DNA of 64,000 bases from Geopsychrobacteraceae bacterium (GCA_963662315.1 OY759353.1:2336001-2400000); one strand, 5' to 3'; numbered from the stretch's first letter, positions 51,165 through 61,802 are shown. Program-made: numbers and translations. Notes: a model not told the origin generated them from the letters alone.

Positions 51165-53708
51165 ATGATCGAAAATTATTTAAGACATGAAGAAGAACGG
51201 AAGGCACAAGGAATTCCTGCCTTGCCATTAAGTCCTGAGCAAACAGCTGAACTATGCGAACTGTTGGTCAACCCGCCAGCCGGAAAAGAGGACTTTCTGT
51301 TGACGTTATTGACTCAGCGCGTGCCCCCTGGCGTCGACCCTGCCGCGGAAGTAAAAGCCGATTTCCTGGCGGCAATCATTGCCGGAAGCAAAGTCTCTCC
51401 TGTGATCGATTCCATTAAGGCCGTTGAAATACTCGGGACTATGGTTGGCGGCTATAACATCCAACCACTTATCTCCGCTCTTGACGACACATCCTTGGCT
51501 GACAGAGCAGCTAAGGCGCTAGCGAAGCTGATTTACGTTTATGATGCCAAAGATCAGATTATTGAAAAAGCTGAACATAATGGGGCGGCCAAAAAAGTTG
51601 TCGCAAGCTGGGCTGCGGCAGAGTGGTTTGAAGAAAAGGTCGGAATCCCAGAAATCATAACCGTCAAGGTTTTCAAGGTTGAGGGGGAGACCAACACCGA
51701 CGATTTATCTCCTGCTGGAGATGCCTGGAGCCGGTCAGATATCCCACTTCATGCTTTGGCCATGGGAAAAACCCGCTTCCCTGGTGGTATCGAGACCATG
51801 GCCAAATGGCGTGCTGAAGGGCACAAGGTCGCTTTTGTTGGTGATGTAGTGGGTACCGGTTCTTCGCGGAAGTCCGCCTGCAACAGTGTGCTCTGGCATA
51901 TCGGAGAAGACATCCCTTACGTTCCCAACAAGCGCCGCGGCGGTGTTATTATTGGCGGTGCCATTGCCCCGATTTTCTTCAATACCGCTCAGGACTCGGG
52001 AGCCTTGCCCCTTATTATGGATGTTTCTCGGTTGAATATGGGCGATACCATCTCCATCGATACCGTCAGGGGCGAAGTCAGAAACGATGCGCTTGAAGTT
52101 CTCGCGACGTTCGACATTAAACCGAATACGGTTCCTGATGAATATCGTGCCGGTGGCAGGATTCCACTGATTATCGGTCGTGCAGTAACCACAGCCGCCC
52201 GGGAAAGGTTGGGGTTGGGAGAAACCACCATATTTGCCAAGCCGAAAAACCCGACAGCGAAACCCGGACAGGGCTATAGCCTTGCACAGAAAATAGTCGG
52301 GAAAGCCTGTGGTGTTGAAGGGGTGCTTCCTGGGACTGCATGCGAGCCAAAAATGACGACTGTTGGTTCACAGGACACCACCGGTCCGATGACATCCGAC
52401 GAATTGAAAGAACTGGCCTGTCTGAAATTTCAGACGCCAATGTTTATGCAGTCCTTCTGCCATACTGCCGCGTACCCAAAACCAGCCGACGTAAAAGTTC
52501 ACAACAATCTGCCCAAATTCATTTCTGAGCGTGGAGGGGTTGTATTGCGACCGGGTGACGGCGTTATTCATAGTTGGCTGAATCGCCTGCTGGTTCCGGA
52601 TACCGTTGGCACCGGTGGTGATTCTCATACCCGCTTCCCGATCGGCATCAGCTTTCCTGCAGGTTCGGGCCTTGTCGCCTTTGCTGGAGCCCTTGGCTTT
52701 ATGCCTCTCGATATGCCTGAGTCAGTGTTGGTTCGTTTTAAAGGCGAGTTGAACGAAGGAATCACTCTACGTGATGTTGTTAACGCCATTCCGCTCTGGG
52801 CGATCAAGCAGGGACTGTTAACCGTTCCCAAAAAGAACAAAAAGAATATCTTTAACGGTCGTATCCTGGAGATGGAAGGCCTGCCTAACCTTTCCGTTGA
52901 GCAAGCTTTTGAGCTCACCGACGCCGCTGCGGAACGATCGGCAGCGGCTGGTTGTATCTCCTTATCCAAAGAGACCATCTGCACTTATCTACGTTCCAAT
53001 ATTGCACTGATGGAAAAGATGATTGCTGATGGCTATGAGCATGCGGAGACACTACACAAACGGATTGATGATGTGAAAGCTTGGCTCGCCGGCCCCCAAC
53101 TGCTGAAAGCCGACCACAATGCCGAGTATGCCGCAGTCATCGAGATCGACCTAGCGGAAATTACCGAACCAATTCTGGCATGCCCGAACGACCCGGATGA
53201 TGTCAAACTGCTATCCGAGGTGGCCGGTACGGCAATTCAGGATGTTTTTCTGGGATCTTGCATGACCAATATCGGTCATTTCCGTGCTGCGGCGGAAATT
53301 TGGAGGGGCGAGAAATCTAATACTGCAGTCCGAACATGGGTCTGTCCACCGACAAGAATGGATCAGGCCCAGCTCAAGAAAGAGGCTGTGTTTTCAGTGT
53401 TCTGTGACAAAGGGGCGCGGATAGAGAGCGCCGGCTGCTCGCTTTGCATGGGGAACCAAGCCCGGGTTCCAGATGGTGTAAACATGTTTTCGACCAGTAC
53501 ACGAAATTTTGACAACCGGATCGGAAATGGAGCCCAGATATATCTCGGATCTGCCGAATTGGGTGCGGTGATTTCTAATAGCGGCAAATTGCCAACCCCA
53601 GAAGAATACCTAACAGCGTACAAAGATAGAATTTCCCCTAATAAGGATTCAATCTATCGTTATCTGCAGTTCGATGAGATGGAAGACTTCACGCAAGAGA
53701 TCCATTAA
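51165..53708 (+). CDS. acnB: Aconitate hydratase B
   Basis: 'GETNTDDLSPA', 'GTGSSRKSA', 'SQDTTGPM', 'QSFCHTAAYPK', 'GSCMTN', 'GCSLCMGNQ'. Confidence 0.97.
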   Translation: MIENYLRHEEERKAQGIPALPLSPEQTAELCELLVNPPAGKEDFLLTLLTQRVPPGVDPAAEVKADFLAAIIAGSKVSPVIDSIKAVEILGTMVGGYNIQPLISALDDTSLADRAAKALAKLIYVYDAKDQIIEKAEHNGAAKKVVASWAAAEWFEEKVGIPEIITVKVFKVEGETNTDDLSPAGDAWSRSDIPLHALAMGKTRFPGGIETMAKWRAEGHKVAFVGDVVGTGSSRKSACNSVLWHIGEDIPYVPNKRRGGVIIGGAIAPIFFNTAQDSGALPLIMDVSRLNMGDTISIDTVRGEVRNDALEVLATFDIKPNTVPDEYRAGGRIPLIIGRAVTTAARERLGLGETTIFAKPKNPTAKPGQGYSLAQKIVGKACGVEGVLPGTACEPKMTTVGSQDTTGPMTSDELKELACLKFQTPMFMQSFCHTAAYPKPADVKVHNNLPKFISERGGVVLRPGDGVIHSWLNRLLVPDTVGTGGDSHTRFPIGISFPAGSGLVAFAGALGFMPLDMPESVLVRFKGELNEGITLRDVVNAIPLWAIKQGLLTVPKKNKKNIFNGRILEMEGLPNLSVEQAFELTDAAAERSAAAGCISLSKETICTYLRSNIALMEKMIADGYEHAETLHKRIDDVKAWLAGPQLLKADHNAEYAAVIEIDLAEITEPILACPNDPDDVKLLSEVAGTAIQDVFLGSCMTNIGHFRAAAEIWRGEKSNTAVRTWVCPPTRMDQAQLKKEAVFSVFCDKGARIESAGCSLCMGNQARVPDGVNMFSTSTRNFDNRIGNGAQIYLGSAELGAVISNSGKLPTPEEYLTAYKDRISPNKDSIYRYLQFDEMEDFTQEIH

Positions 53709-53736
53709 CTGCTAAATATCTTTAGTTCAAAATCTG

Positions 53737-53767
53737 GGATAGGGCAGCATTGACGCTGCCCTATCCT
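53737..53767. terminator. Terminator-like hairpin between convergent acnB and tctC-like genes
   Basis: GGATAGGGCAGC-ATTGAC-GCTGCCCTATCC. Confidence 0.7.
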
Positions 53768-53796
53768 TGTTTGGCCTATAGTGTAAACCTAAAGTC

Positions 53797-54777
53797 CTAT
53801 TCCTTGACAAAGTTCTGGTAGTATTCAAACTGTTGGCGAAGGAACTGAGCAAACTGTTCAGGCCCCTTAAAATCAGAGGACTGGTTTAAAAAATCGCCCC
53901 CCAGTTCTTTTTGATATGTTGTACTGTTTGCAACATAGCGAATCTGGTCCGCCAGATAATCGCGGATATGATTGGGGGTTTCTTTATGAACAACAAAGCC
54001 CCGCCAGGATTTTGTCGTTATTTGATAACCCAGCTCTACAGATGAAGGGATGGTTCTGAGTTCTTCAGGATTCTCAAGCTTGGCCTCGTTAAAGACCATA
54101 AGCGGCTTGAGACGCCCCGAGCGAATGTATTTGATGGAGGAAATCAGCTTACCCAAATAGAGGTCAACTTCTCCAGAAAGAAGAGCGGCCCGGATCGCTT
54201 GACTCGATTGATAGGGAACAAATTTGAGTTTCTTACTCGTTTCTTGAGCCAATAAAGACAAGGTGATCTCGTCGAGACCATGGGGACTCACCCCCGCCAC
54301 AGAAAACTCACGCGCAGAAGAGGTATCCAGAAATTCGGCCAGGCTTAAGGCTTCAGGCGAATTGTTCACAAAGAGAACATAATAGTCGTTCTGAACCAGG
54401 GCAAGGGGTTTAAAAGTGTCCATCAGCCCCAATTCCGGACTTCGTTTTAATACGTCTGCAATAATATGACTTGGCGTTATTTCAAGAATTGTGTAGCCAT
54501 CAGCAGGCAGGCTGGCAGCATATAACATACCCTGCAACCCACCGGAACCACTCTTGTTCAGAGGAACAACCTTGACCGGCAATTGCGCTGACAACAAAGC
54601 CGAAAACTCCCGGCCAAAAACATCACTTGCATTTCCCCGGCCGAAAGGAATGATCATACTGATCTCCCTCTCCGGGAAATCAATACCGGTCCCTATAGCA
54701 CCATTCTGATAATCAGACGAGGTACAGGCAGAAATACTGATAAAACATAGAATGATCAGTAAAAATCGCGTCTTCAT
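53797..54777 (-). CDS. TctC-like substrate-binding lipoprotein co-transcribed with the two-component system
   Basis: 'FPEREI..IIPFG.G..SD', 'NKSGSGG', 'ADGYTI', 'VPY'; lipobox-like ISAC; ATGA overlap with the response regulator. Confidence 0.85.
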   Translation of the reverse strand: MKTRFLLIILCFISISACTSSDYQNGAIGTGIDFPEREISMIIPFGRGNASDVFGREFSALLSAQLPVKVVPLNKSGSGGLQGMLYAASLPADGYTILEITPSHIIADVLKRSPELGLMDTFKPLALVQNDYYVLFVNNSPEALSLAEFLDTSSAREFSVAGVSPHGLDEITLSLLAQETSKKLKFVPYQSSQAIRAALLSGEVDLYLGKLISSIKYIRSGRLKPLMVFNEAKLENPEELRTIPSSVELGYQITTKSWRGFVVHKETPNHIRDYLADQIRYVANSTTYQKELGGDFLNQSSDFKGPEQFAQFLRQQFEYYQNFVKE

Positions 54778-55475
54778 TGCTTGATTTTTTTGCTGATGTA
54801 CTTTCGCTCCGGCCGGCCTATCGTCCCATACTCCAACTTTATCTGCAGATGCCCAATAGCTAATAGATACTCGCAATATTTTCTTGCTGTTGTGCGTGCC
54901 AGGCCAGCGAGATCGCCAATATCTGCCGCGCTCATCCCAACGGATGGAGCCTTCTCAAAAGCACAGACAACATCTTTTAAAGTAATCGGGTCAATCCCTT
55001 TCGGGAGATTCCTTTTCTCTTCGTCATTAATCGTCAGGGCTTTCTCTCGAAAGAGATCATCAACAAAATCCTGGTCGACCGTTTTGACCGCATTTCTTTT
55101 TTTAAAATAATTTTCATACTTTTGCAAAGACCCCCTGAAGCGATCCATAAAGACAGGCTTAATAATATAATCGAAAACCCCACCTTTTAGAGCATTGTTC
55201 AAGTTTTCAATATCTTTTGCAGCCGTAATCAAAATAACATCAACCGTTGAGTGTTCCTGGCGTAACTCATAAAGGAGGTCCATACCATTTCCTTCTGGAA
55301 AAAAAAGGTCCAGCAAAATGAGATCAGGACTGAGAATTTCAACCATTTCCTTACCGGTTTTTATAGAATTGGCGACACCTACGAGCTCAAAGTTCTCTAC
55401 TTCTAAAAGAAATTTTGCGTGAACTTTGGATATCCGAGCATCGTCTTCGATAATCAACACGCTAATAGGGATCAT
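54774..55475 (-). CDS. CitB/DcuR-family response regulator
   Basis: REC domain 'IIEDD...LLDLFFPEGNG...ITAA...DYIIKP'; 'LPKGID..TL'; 'YGTIGRPERKY'. Confidence 0.93.
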   Translation of the reverse strand: MIPISVLIIEDDARISKVHAKFLLEVENFELVGVANSIKTGKEMVEILSPDLILLDLFFPEGNGMDLLYELRQEHSTVDVILITAAKDIENLNNALKGGVFDYIIKPVFMDRFRGSLQKYENYFKKRNAVKTVDQDFVDDLFREKALTINDEEKRNLPKGIDPITLKDVVCAFEKAPSVGMSAADIGDLAGLARTTARKYCEYLLAIGHLQIKLEYGTIGRPERKYISKKIKQ

Positions 55476-57103
55476 GACTGACTCTCACTCAATGTAGGAA
55501 TAATGACAACGAACCTGGCTCCACCTAATTCGCTTTTTTCGATACTGACCGATCCCTTCATATCAAGCAAGGCCTGCCTGACAAGAAATAACCCCACGCC
55601 ATTATCGGCCGATTGCTTGGTCGACACCCCTCTTTCGAATATTTTCTCGACCATCGCTTCAGGGACACCGGGCCCGCTATCTTCAACTTCGAAAATCAAA
55701 TCTCCAAAATCTGACATACTAAGAGTAACCTTTGGTTGTCTTGTAGAAAGCTTACATGCCTCAAAGGCGTTTTCGATCAGATTGCCTAATATGGTTAAAA
55801 GGTAATGCCTACTGACGGAAGGTGGAATATTCCTCATGCTGCTTTCCGGATCTACGCTAAAATCGATCCTCAATTCTTTTGCATGCATATACTTTCCGAT
55901 CAGCAACGACCGCAAGGTGGGCTCTTCGACGGTCTCTGTCATGGTCCGAACCATGACCTTATGATCTACAGTCTCGCTTGCTATAAAGTCAAGAACATCA
56001 TCGTAGTCTTTCGTTTGAATCATCCCGGCGATCGCATGTAATCTGTTGGCGTATTCATGAGTTTGGGCCCGAAGAATTTCTGAATAGCGTGTTGTCTGGC
56101 TCAGCTCTCGGGTCAAAAAATCAATTTCATCTTTTTGCCTGAAGGTCACCACAACTCCCTGATTAATATTTTCATAATCGAGTGGAACCATATTGCAATA
56201 CATATCGATACCCTGAACTGTTTCTTCAGCATCATAGATACTGACCCCCATGCGCAATGCTTGAACAGCCAGTTCTACCGGAAAAAATTTCTCGATGGAG
56301 GCCCCGGCAAGTTCATTTTTGGTAAGTCCCAGCATTTCTTCAGCCTTACTGTTGGAAAGGTGAATTTTGCCATGAGCATCAGTCGCAAGCACCCCTGCCC
56401 GAATAGATTCGATAATTGCAGTCCTGGCCTGAAAAAGGCTTGCTATCTCTTGAGGTTCGAGCCCGAAAATAGCATTTTTAACCCCACGTGCAATCACAAT
56501 AGAGGCCCCGAGGCCAACGATAATAAATAGAAAAAGATAAAAAATATTGCGCTCAAAATAGCCACGGGTAATCAAAATCGTATTGTTAATCGGAAAACCA
56601 ACAACAACGACCCCCGTGATCTCGTTTAATTCATTATGAATTGGAGAAATTCCAGTTATAAACCTCTCAGAATCAATACTAAAGCGATAAACATAGGATT
56701 GGCCTTTTTCTAAACTCAAATCCATATATGGATTTTCATAATGATTAATATTTTTATCTGACTTACTTTTAACTAATAAATTCGTATTTTTATCTAAAAT
56801 ATAAATAAAACTGGCATTAGTATTTATAGAAATATCAGTTATAAGTGACTCAATTTCATATAAAGACAATCGATCTTCATGAGAAGAAATGTTTTTTATC
56901 TGCGGCAGGGAAGAAATGTTTTTTGCAGATTGAATTGCTGTTTTCTCAGTTTGATTTTGAATAAAATTGAAAATCATATTAGAGAAGACAATACTAACAC
57001 TTACCAATAAAAATATAATTAGAGACAAAACAACAATAATTACACTATCAAGAAGTTTCATATTTGAAAAAAATATTGGAACACTAATATTTATTTTTTT
57101 CAT
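55472..57103 (-). CDS. CitA/DcuS-family sensor histidine kinase
   Basis: TM-Cache-TM, 'FGLEP.EI', PAS, H-box 'LRAQTHEYANRLH', 'LGNLIENAFEA', 'DSGPG', 'GVGL'; start uncertain (57103 or 57136). Confidence 0.93.
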   Translation of the reverse strand: MKKINISVPIFFSNMKLLDSVIIVVLSLIIFLLVSVSIVFSNMIFNFIQNQTEKTAIQSAKNISSLPQIKNISSHEDRLSLYEIESLITDISINTNASFIYILDKNTNLLVKSKSDKNINHYENPYMDLSLEKGQSYVYRFSIDSERFITGISPIHNELNEITGVVVVGFPINNTILITRGYFERNIFYLFLFIIVGLGASIVIARGVKNAIFGLEPQEIASLFQARTAIIESIRAGVLATDAHGKIHLSNSKAEEMLGLTKNELAGASIEKFFPVELAVQALRMGVSIYDAEETVQGIDMYCNMVPLDYENINQGVVVTFRQKDEIDFLTRELSQTTRYSEILRAQTHEYANRLHAIAGMIQTKDYDDVLDFIASETVDHKVMVRTMTETVEEPTLRSLLIGKYMHAKELRIDFSVDPESSMRNIPPSVSRHYLLTILGNLIENAFEACKLSTRQPKVTLSMSDFGDLIFEVEDSGPGVPEAMVEKIFERGVSTKQSADNGVGLFLVRQALLDMKGSVSIEKSELGGARFVVIIPTLSESQS

Positions 57104-57160
57104 CCTATACGCAATCTCGATCAAACTCGAAGGCAACCAGCTAAAAAATAACTAATCTTA

Positions 57161-57190
57161 TTGACACAAAGCTAAAGGCCTACCTATAAT
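57161..57190 (+). promoter_or_regulatory. Consensus sigma70 promoter
   Basis: TTGACA-N18-TATAAT, 35 nt upstream of the ORF at 57225. Confidence 0.65.
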
Positions 57191-57224
57191 TTATTAAAAT
57201 TCTCAAAAACAAAGCGACCCCCAG

Positions 57225-57476
57225 ATGAAAGCTATTTACAAATCAGAAAGATCAACTCTCTATTTGATGCTGTCATATCCAGCTGTCATGGCGCTCATAG
57301 GTTACCTCCCGGCAACTTCTTTGTTTCTCTTTCTTATGGCCAGAAGCAATGAACAAAGTTTGTCCTACTCGCTGATTTTCGGTTTACTAACTGCGACTTC
57401 CGCTTATGCATTATTGTTTTTCCTGCTTGGCAAATCTTTGCCCCTTGGACTTTGCATTCACCTTTTAGAGCACTGA
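57225..57476 (+). CDS. Truncated TctB-like membrane protein
   Basis: 83 aa; 'Y..MALIGYLPATSLFL' and 'F..L...LPLG' resemble the C-terminal half of the TctB at 60268-60753. Confidence 0.55.
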   Translation: MKAIYKSERSTLYLMLSYPAVMALIGYLPATSLFLFLMARSNEQSLSYSLIFGLLTATSAYALLFFLLGKSLPLGLCIHLLEH

Positions 57477-57483
57477 CCATTTC

Positions 57484-58692
57484 ATGGACTGGCCCTTGGC
57501 ACATATAGACCTCATCAGGTTAGTCGTTTTTTCTGGCGCCGGAATCTGTGCGGCAGGCCTATTTACTCTTCTGCCAAATACCAACATTGCTGCAGTCATC
57601 ACTCTTTGCTTTTATGTGCAAATTTTCATCGGATTCCCTCCTGGTGACTTCGCTCTGCCATTCTGCACTGCCGCCACCACTGCATTGATCATCAACTGCA
57701 GGGGCAATACTTACAAGAAAACCGATTTTTCTACCAAGCAGAACCGTCTGCTCCTGCTGTTTTCCGTTCTAGCATCTTTTTTAATTATTGTCTTTAGACA
57801 CAACATCTCAGAGTGCGTTATTTTTTTTAAAACCAGCGGCCTTCTGCTTACGATCGTTCTGGTTTTGGCCATCAATGTTCTTATGTCATCGACAACTGTT
57901 CTAAAAGCAATAGCTGCCCTTTTTATCGGTCTATCGGCAGCAATCTTTGGCCCACTGCTGGCCATTGAACTCCCCTTCGCCCCTTGGAACACCATCAATC
58001 TGAATGAGGGCAAGAACCTTGTAGCCGTATTAACAGCCGCTTTTATTCTCCCGCCCATATTAGCACCCCTCATTGTAGCACACGCGCCCCCTTCACGCCC
58101 CCAGGCAAAGCTAAAAACGCTGGAGTTCCTGGCCATTCTGTTTCTGATTGTCACCGGTATAGGCATATCCCCTTTCAGCATTGTCATGCTAGCCATCCTT
58201 AACAGTGAAAATGTTAATTTTGGCGCTATGACAACCTATGAAAGCCCGGAAATTACTTTTTCAATTATTACTGGTACAATTATTGCCGTCATAAGCTCTT
58301 TTATACTTAAAAATAAGCACCGTTTATTAGTAGAATCTTTAAGAAAAAGATCCACAACTAACAACATTCAATGGATCTACATATCTATCATATTTATTAT
58401 ATTCTCATCTGCCGTAATATCCTCTGACCTTGGCATTGAAATTATATATTTATCTATTTTTATTGGTCTATTTTTTACTGTAGTAAAAACCAAAGGTTAC
58501 CCAATAAGTTTATTTTTAATTGGTTTTATCTATGGCAACAAAATCGTCTATATGATCGATATAATTTCAAAAACAGAATCTTCATTACCTATTAAATATG
58601 TTTTTATATTTTTATTCATTTTATTTGCGGTACTACTCTTCAGACTATTAATTCATCGAAGGAATTTTACTGGAAATATCTTTCATAAATAA
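57484..58692 (+). CDS. Highly divergent TctA-like membrane protein
   Basis: 402 aa, hydrophobic. Segments align by eye with TctA ('KAIAALFIGL', 'EGKNLVAVLTAAFILP', 'TGIGISPFSIVML', 'GYPISLFLIGFIYG'), but the conserved PGTP and E..NN motifs are missing. Confidence 0.6.
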   Translation: MDWPLAHIDLIRLVVFSGAGICAAGLFTLLPNTNIAAVITLCFYVQIFIGFPPGDFALPFCTAATTALIINCRGNTYKKTDFSTKQNRLLLLFSVLASFLIIVFRHNISECVIFFKTSGLLLTIVLVLAINVLMSSTTVLKAIAALFIGLSAAIFGPLLAIELPFAPWNTINLNEGKNLVAVLTAAFILPPILAPLIVAHAPPSRPQAKLKTLEFLAILFLIVTGIGISPFSIVMLAILNSENVNFGAMTTYESPEITFSIITGTIIAVISSFILKNKHRLLVESLRKRSTTNNIQWIYISIIFIIFSSAVISSDLGIEIIYLSIFIGLFFTVVKTKGYPISLFLIGFIYGNKIVYMIDIISKTESSLPIKYVFIFLFILFAVLLFRLLIHRRNFTGNIFHK

Positions 58693-58701
58693 TATTTTCA
58701 A

Positions 58702-58742
58702 TAAAAAAAGGTTGCTCATTTCAAAGAGAAAAGAGCAACCTT
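58702..58742. terminator. Terminator-like hairpin between convergent tctA-like genes
   Basis: AAAAAAAGGTTGCTC...GAGCAACCTT. Confidence 0.65.
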
Positions 58743-58769
58743 CAAATATTTTACCTATTTCCATCAGTT

Positions 58770-60254
58770 TTATTTGCGAGAGATAACTTTCTTCATACTA
58801 GGCCAAAGCAGAGTAAGCACAGCGACAACAATAATTGTCAGGGCAATCGGCCGGGTTACAAATCCCATCGCGCTTCCGTTTCCGATAATGATCTGTTTTC
58901 TTAGAGAATTTTCTATCAATTCCCCAAGAATAAGCCCCAATATCAAGGCAGCACTTGAATATTTAAACTTATCAAACAGATATCCGATAAATCCAAAAAT
59001 GAACATGATAAGCACATCATAAAAACTGTTCTTCAGCGAGTAGGCGCCAACCAGACCCAAAGCAACAACCAGGGTACCAAGCATCGGATAAGGCAGTTTC
59101 AAAATATGCCCAAACTGACTGGTAACAAAGCGCCCCCCGATAAACAACAACAAGGCTGAGGCAATCAAGCCTAAGAAAATGGCATTCAACATAATCGGCT
59201 GATCACGGATCAGAAGCGGACCGGGAGTGAGGCCGATAATCATAAATGCAGCCATGATGACCGCCGCAACAGGGCTGCCCGGAATCCCAAGAACCATTGT
59301 CGGCACCATCGACCCTCCAACAGCTGCGTTGTTGGACGATTCAGGAGCAATGATCCCCCTCGGGTTGCCTTCTCCGAATTTTGGCCGTTCTGATTTATGT
59401 CGACCCGAGGCCTCTCCGTATGCGATAAGACTCGCGATTGATCCGCCAGCAGCAGGGATAATGCCAATGATCGTTCCGATAAGAGATCCTTTGAGAAAAG
59501 TATCCCACATCTTCGCCATTTCTTTAAACTTCATCAGCTTGATAGAGACCTTCTGCTCTGATCTCATTGATGTATCCCGGTGACTGTACTCTTCAATATT
59601 CTTGTACACTTCTCCAACGGCAAAAGCACCGATCATAACAGAAATGTAATTAATGCCATTCAGCAGGAACGGTTGTCCGAAAGCAAAACGTTCGATGCCG
59701 TTTATGCTATCGAGGCCAATCGTTGAAAGGATAAGGCCGACCAGAACTGAAAATACCGCTTTCAGCTGATTTTTCGAACCAATACTCGTGATACAGCACA
59801 GGCCAATCAGACCCAGGCCAAAATATTCCGCGCTCTGAAAGGACAATGCCGCAACAGCAAGCAGAGGAGCGGCCATAAGCATGATGATCGCAGAAAAAAT
59901 CGTTCCGAAAGACGAGGCAGTTACCGCCAGGCCGAGCGCTTGACCGGTCAGACCATTCTGTGCCATTGGATAGCCGTCAAAGGTCGTGGCGACGGCTTCA
60001 GGTGTCCCTGGGGTTTTCAAAAGAATGGCCGATATGGATCCTCCGGTAGCACCACCAACATAAACCGATACCATGAGTACAATCGCGGCAATCGGGTCCA
60101 TTGAATATGTGAATGGCAGGCAGAGAATGATAGCCATTGACGAACTTAAGCCCGGCAAGGATCCACAGATCATCCCAAACAGTGTGCCAATGACTATCAG
60201 TAAAAGGGTCAGAGGTTGTAAAAATGCAGCTAACGACTGAAGCAGAATATCCAT
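58770..60254 (-). CDS. tctA: Tripartite tricarboxylate transporter permease TctA
   Basis: 'GSLPGL', 'GGSISAILLKTPGTP', 'APESSNNA', 'LGIPGS', 'GLTPGP'. Confidence 0.94.
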   Translation of the reverse strand: MDILLQSLAAFLQPLTLLLIVIGTLFGMICGSLPGLSSSMAIILCLPFTYSMDPIAAIVLMVSVYVGGATGGSISAILLKTPGTPEAVATTFDGYPMAQNGLTGQALGLAVTASSFGTIFSAIIMLMAAPLLAVAALSFQSAEYFGLGLIGLCCITSIGSKNQLKAVFSVLVGLILSTIGLDSINGIERFAFGQPFLLNGINYISVMIGAFAVGEVYKNIEEYSHRDTSMRSEQKVSIKLMKFKEMAKMWDTFLKGSLIGTIIGIIPAAGGSIASLIAYGEASGRHKSERPKFGEGNPRGIIAPESSNNAAVGGSMVPTMVLGIPGSPVAAVIMAAFMIIGLTPGPLLIRDQPIMLNAIFLGLIASALLLFIGGRFVTSQFGHILKLPYPMLGTLVVALGLVGAYSLKNSFYDVLIMFIFGFIGYLFDKFKYSSAALILGLILGELIENSLRKQIIIGNGSAMGFVTRPIALTIIVVAVLTLLWPSMKKVISRK

Positions 60255-60267
60255 CTTGTCATCCTTA

Positions 60268-60753
60268 TCAATAAATCATGTAACTTAGTTCTCGCAAAAT
60301 ACCTACACCCCGAGGGAGCGGAACATAAAAAACCGACCCGAAAACCGCGACCAGAACAACCGTTGTAACGATCGAAAAAATGGTTAATGTCAACCACTTC
60401 CGATAGCCGATTGCGACAGACCCTGAAAACAGATACAAAAGGGTGGAAATACAAAAACCAAGGTAGTTCAGCAGTGCGACATAACTAGCGAGAAGCACAA
60501 CACTGACAACGAGCTTCCGGCCATCCTGTGAACGCAGATCAAACATAGGAATGTTGATGTGCTTTTTTTCTCTAATGATATTGACGGTTATGAATATCAG
60601 TACAATCAAGGCAAGTACTGCCAGGATTTCCGGAAAACCGCTGGCACCAAAAATATCATTTGGATTTTCTCCTGCAGGAAGCGCCATTGTCTCGACCATA
60701 AAAAAAACAATTCCCGCACCAAGAATGATGTTAAAGATAAGTTCTATAGCCAT
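60268..60753 (-). CDS. tctB: TTT small membrane subunit TctB
   Basis: Hydrophobic 161 aa; 'GFP', 'LGF..ST', 'VF...F.VPLPRG'. Confidence 0.88.
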   Translation of the reverse strand: MAIELIFNIILGAGIVFFMVETMALPAGENPNDIFGASGFPEILAVLALIVLIFITVNIIREKKHINIPMFDLRSQDGRKLVVSVVLLASYVALLNYLGFCISTLLYLFSGSVAIGYRKWLTLTIFSIVTTVVLVAVFGSVFYVPLPRGVGILRELSYMIY

Positions 60754-60821
60754 ACTTATTTACACCTCATATGAAGCCGAATCGACCTGAGGCGATCGAT
60801 TCGGCATTTAATCTCGGACAA

Positions 60822-61802
60822 TTAATTCTTGATCAGGCCCATTTCTTTAAAAATACTGACATACTCATTAAATTCGCGATCCCAGGACTTGCCGAAAGCA
60901 TCAGCCTTGAGAAAACCAGGAACCAAATTTGTCATTTCACGCTCTTCCATAGCCTTGTAGGCAGGATCGTCATAAGCTTTTTGGAAAGCATCAATAATGA
61001 TATTTTTAATCTTCTCAGGGGTGCCTTTTTTAACAACGAAACCGCGCCAGGAGCCCTGAATAAAATCAATGCCTTTTTCCACGGAACAGGGGACTTCTTT
61101 TAATTGTTCAACAGCAAGACGCTTTTCACTAAGAACCAGCAATGGACGTACATCCCCACTAGCAGCCAAACTCATGAAGGAAATCAGTTTGTCCTGATAC
61201 ACATCCAGTTCCCCACCAAGCACTGCAGCTTTCAGCTCGGAACCTGACTTATAGGGAACATAGGTCCACTGAATCCCTGCTGCCTTTGCAAATCCATTTG
61301 CAATGTAGTTATCCAACCCGCCCGGAGAAAGACCACCAATTTTCAGCTGTTTAGGATTCTCTTTTGCGTAGGCAATCAGATCATCAATGCTTTTCAACTT
61401 ACTTTTCGCTGACACCCCAAACAGCACGACATCAGCCTGAACCTTGATGATCGGATCAAATTCACTGCGAAATTTGACCGAACTTTTATTCTGTGCTTCT
61501 TTGATCAGCAGTGAAGGAGTGATTTCCATAATGGTATATCCGTCAGCAGGAGCACCATATGTATACAGCATCCCCTCAATGGTCCCAGCCCCACCCTTAT
61601 TGATAGCAACCAGAGGCTTTCCAAGGTACTTACCAGCTATCTCTGCATATTGGCGTGCAAAAATATCACTCGCTCCTCCGGTACCGAAAGGAATAACGAG
61701 TTCAACCGGCCTTTTCGGATAGTTCAGAGCAAAAGCACTTGATGTCAACATTGGGATTAAAGCGGTGATCATTACTGCCACAATCAGTTTCTTCATCTTC
61801 AC
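60822..61802 (-). CDS. tctC: TTT substrate-binding protein TctC
   Basis: Signal peptide; 'YPKRPV..VIPFGTGGASD', 'NKGGAG', 'ADGYTI', 'VPYKSG'. Confidence 0.92.
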   Translation of the reverse strand: MKMKKLIVAVMITALIPMLTSSAFALNYPKRPVELVIPFGTGGASDIFARQYAEIAGKYLGKPLVAINKGGAGTIEGMLYTYGAPADGYTIMEITPSLLIKEAQNKSSVKFRSEFDPIIKVQADVVLFGVSAKSKLKSIDDLIAYAKENPKQLKIGGLSPGGLDNYIANGFAKAAGIQWTYVPYKSGSELKAAVLGGELDVYQDKLISFMSLAASGDVRPLLVLSEKRLAVEQLKEVPCSVEKGIDFIQGSWRGFVVKKGTPEKIKNIIIDAFQKAYDDPAYKAMEEREMTNLVPGFLKADAFGKSWDREFNEYVSIFKEMGLIKN

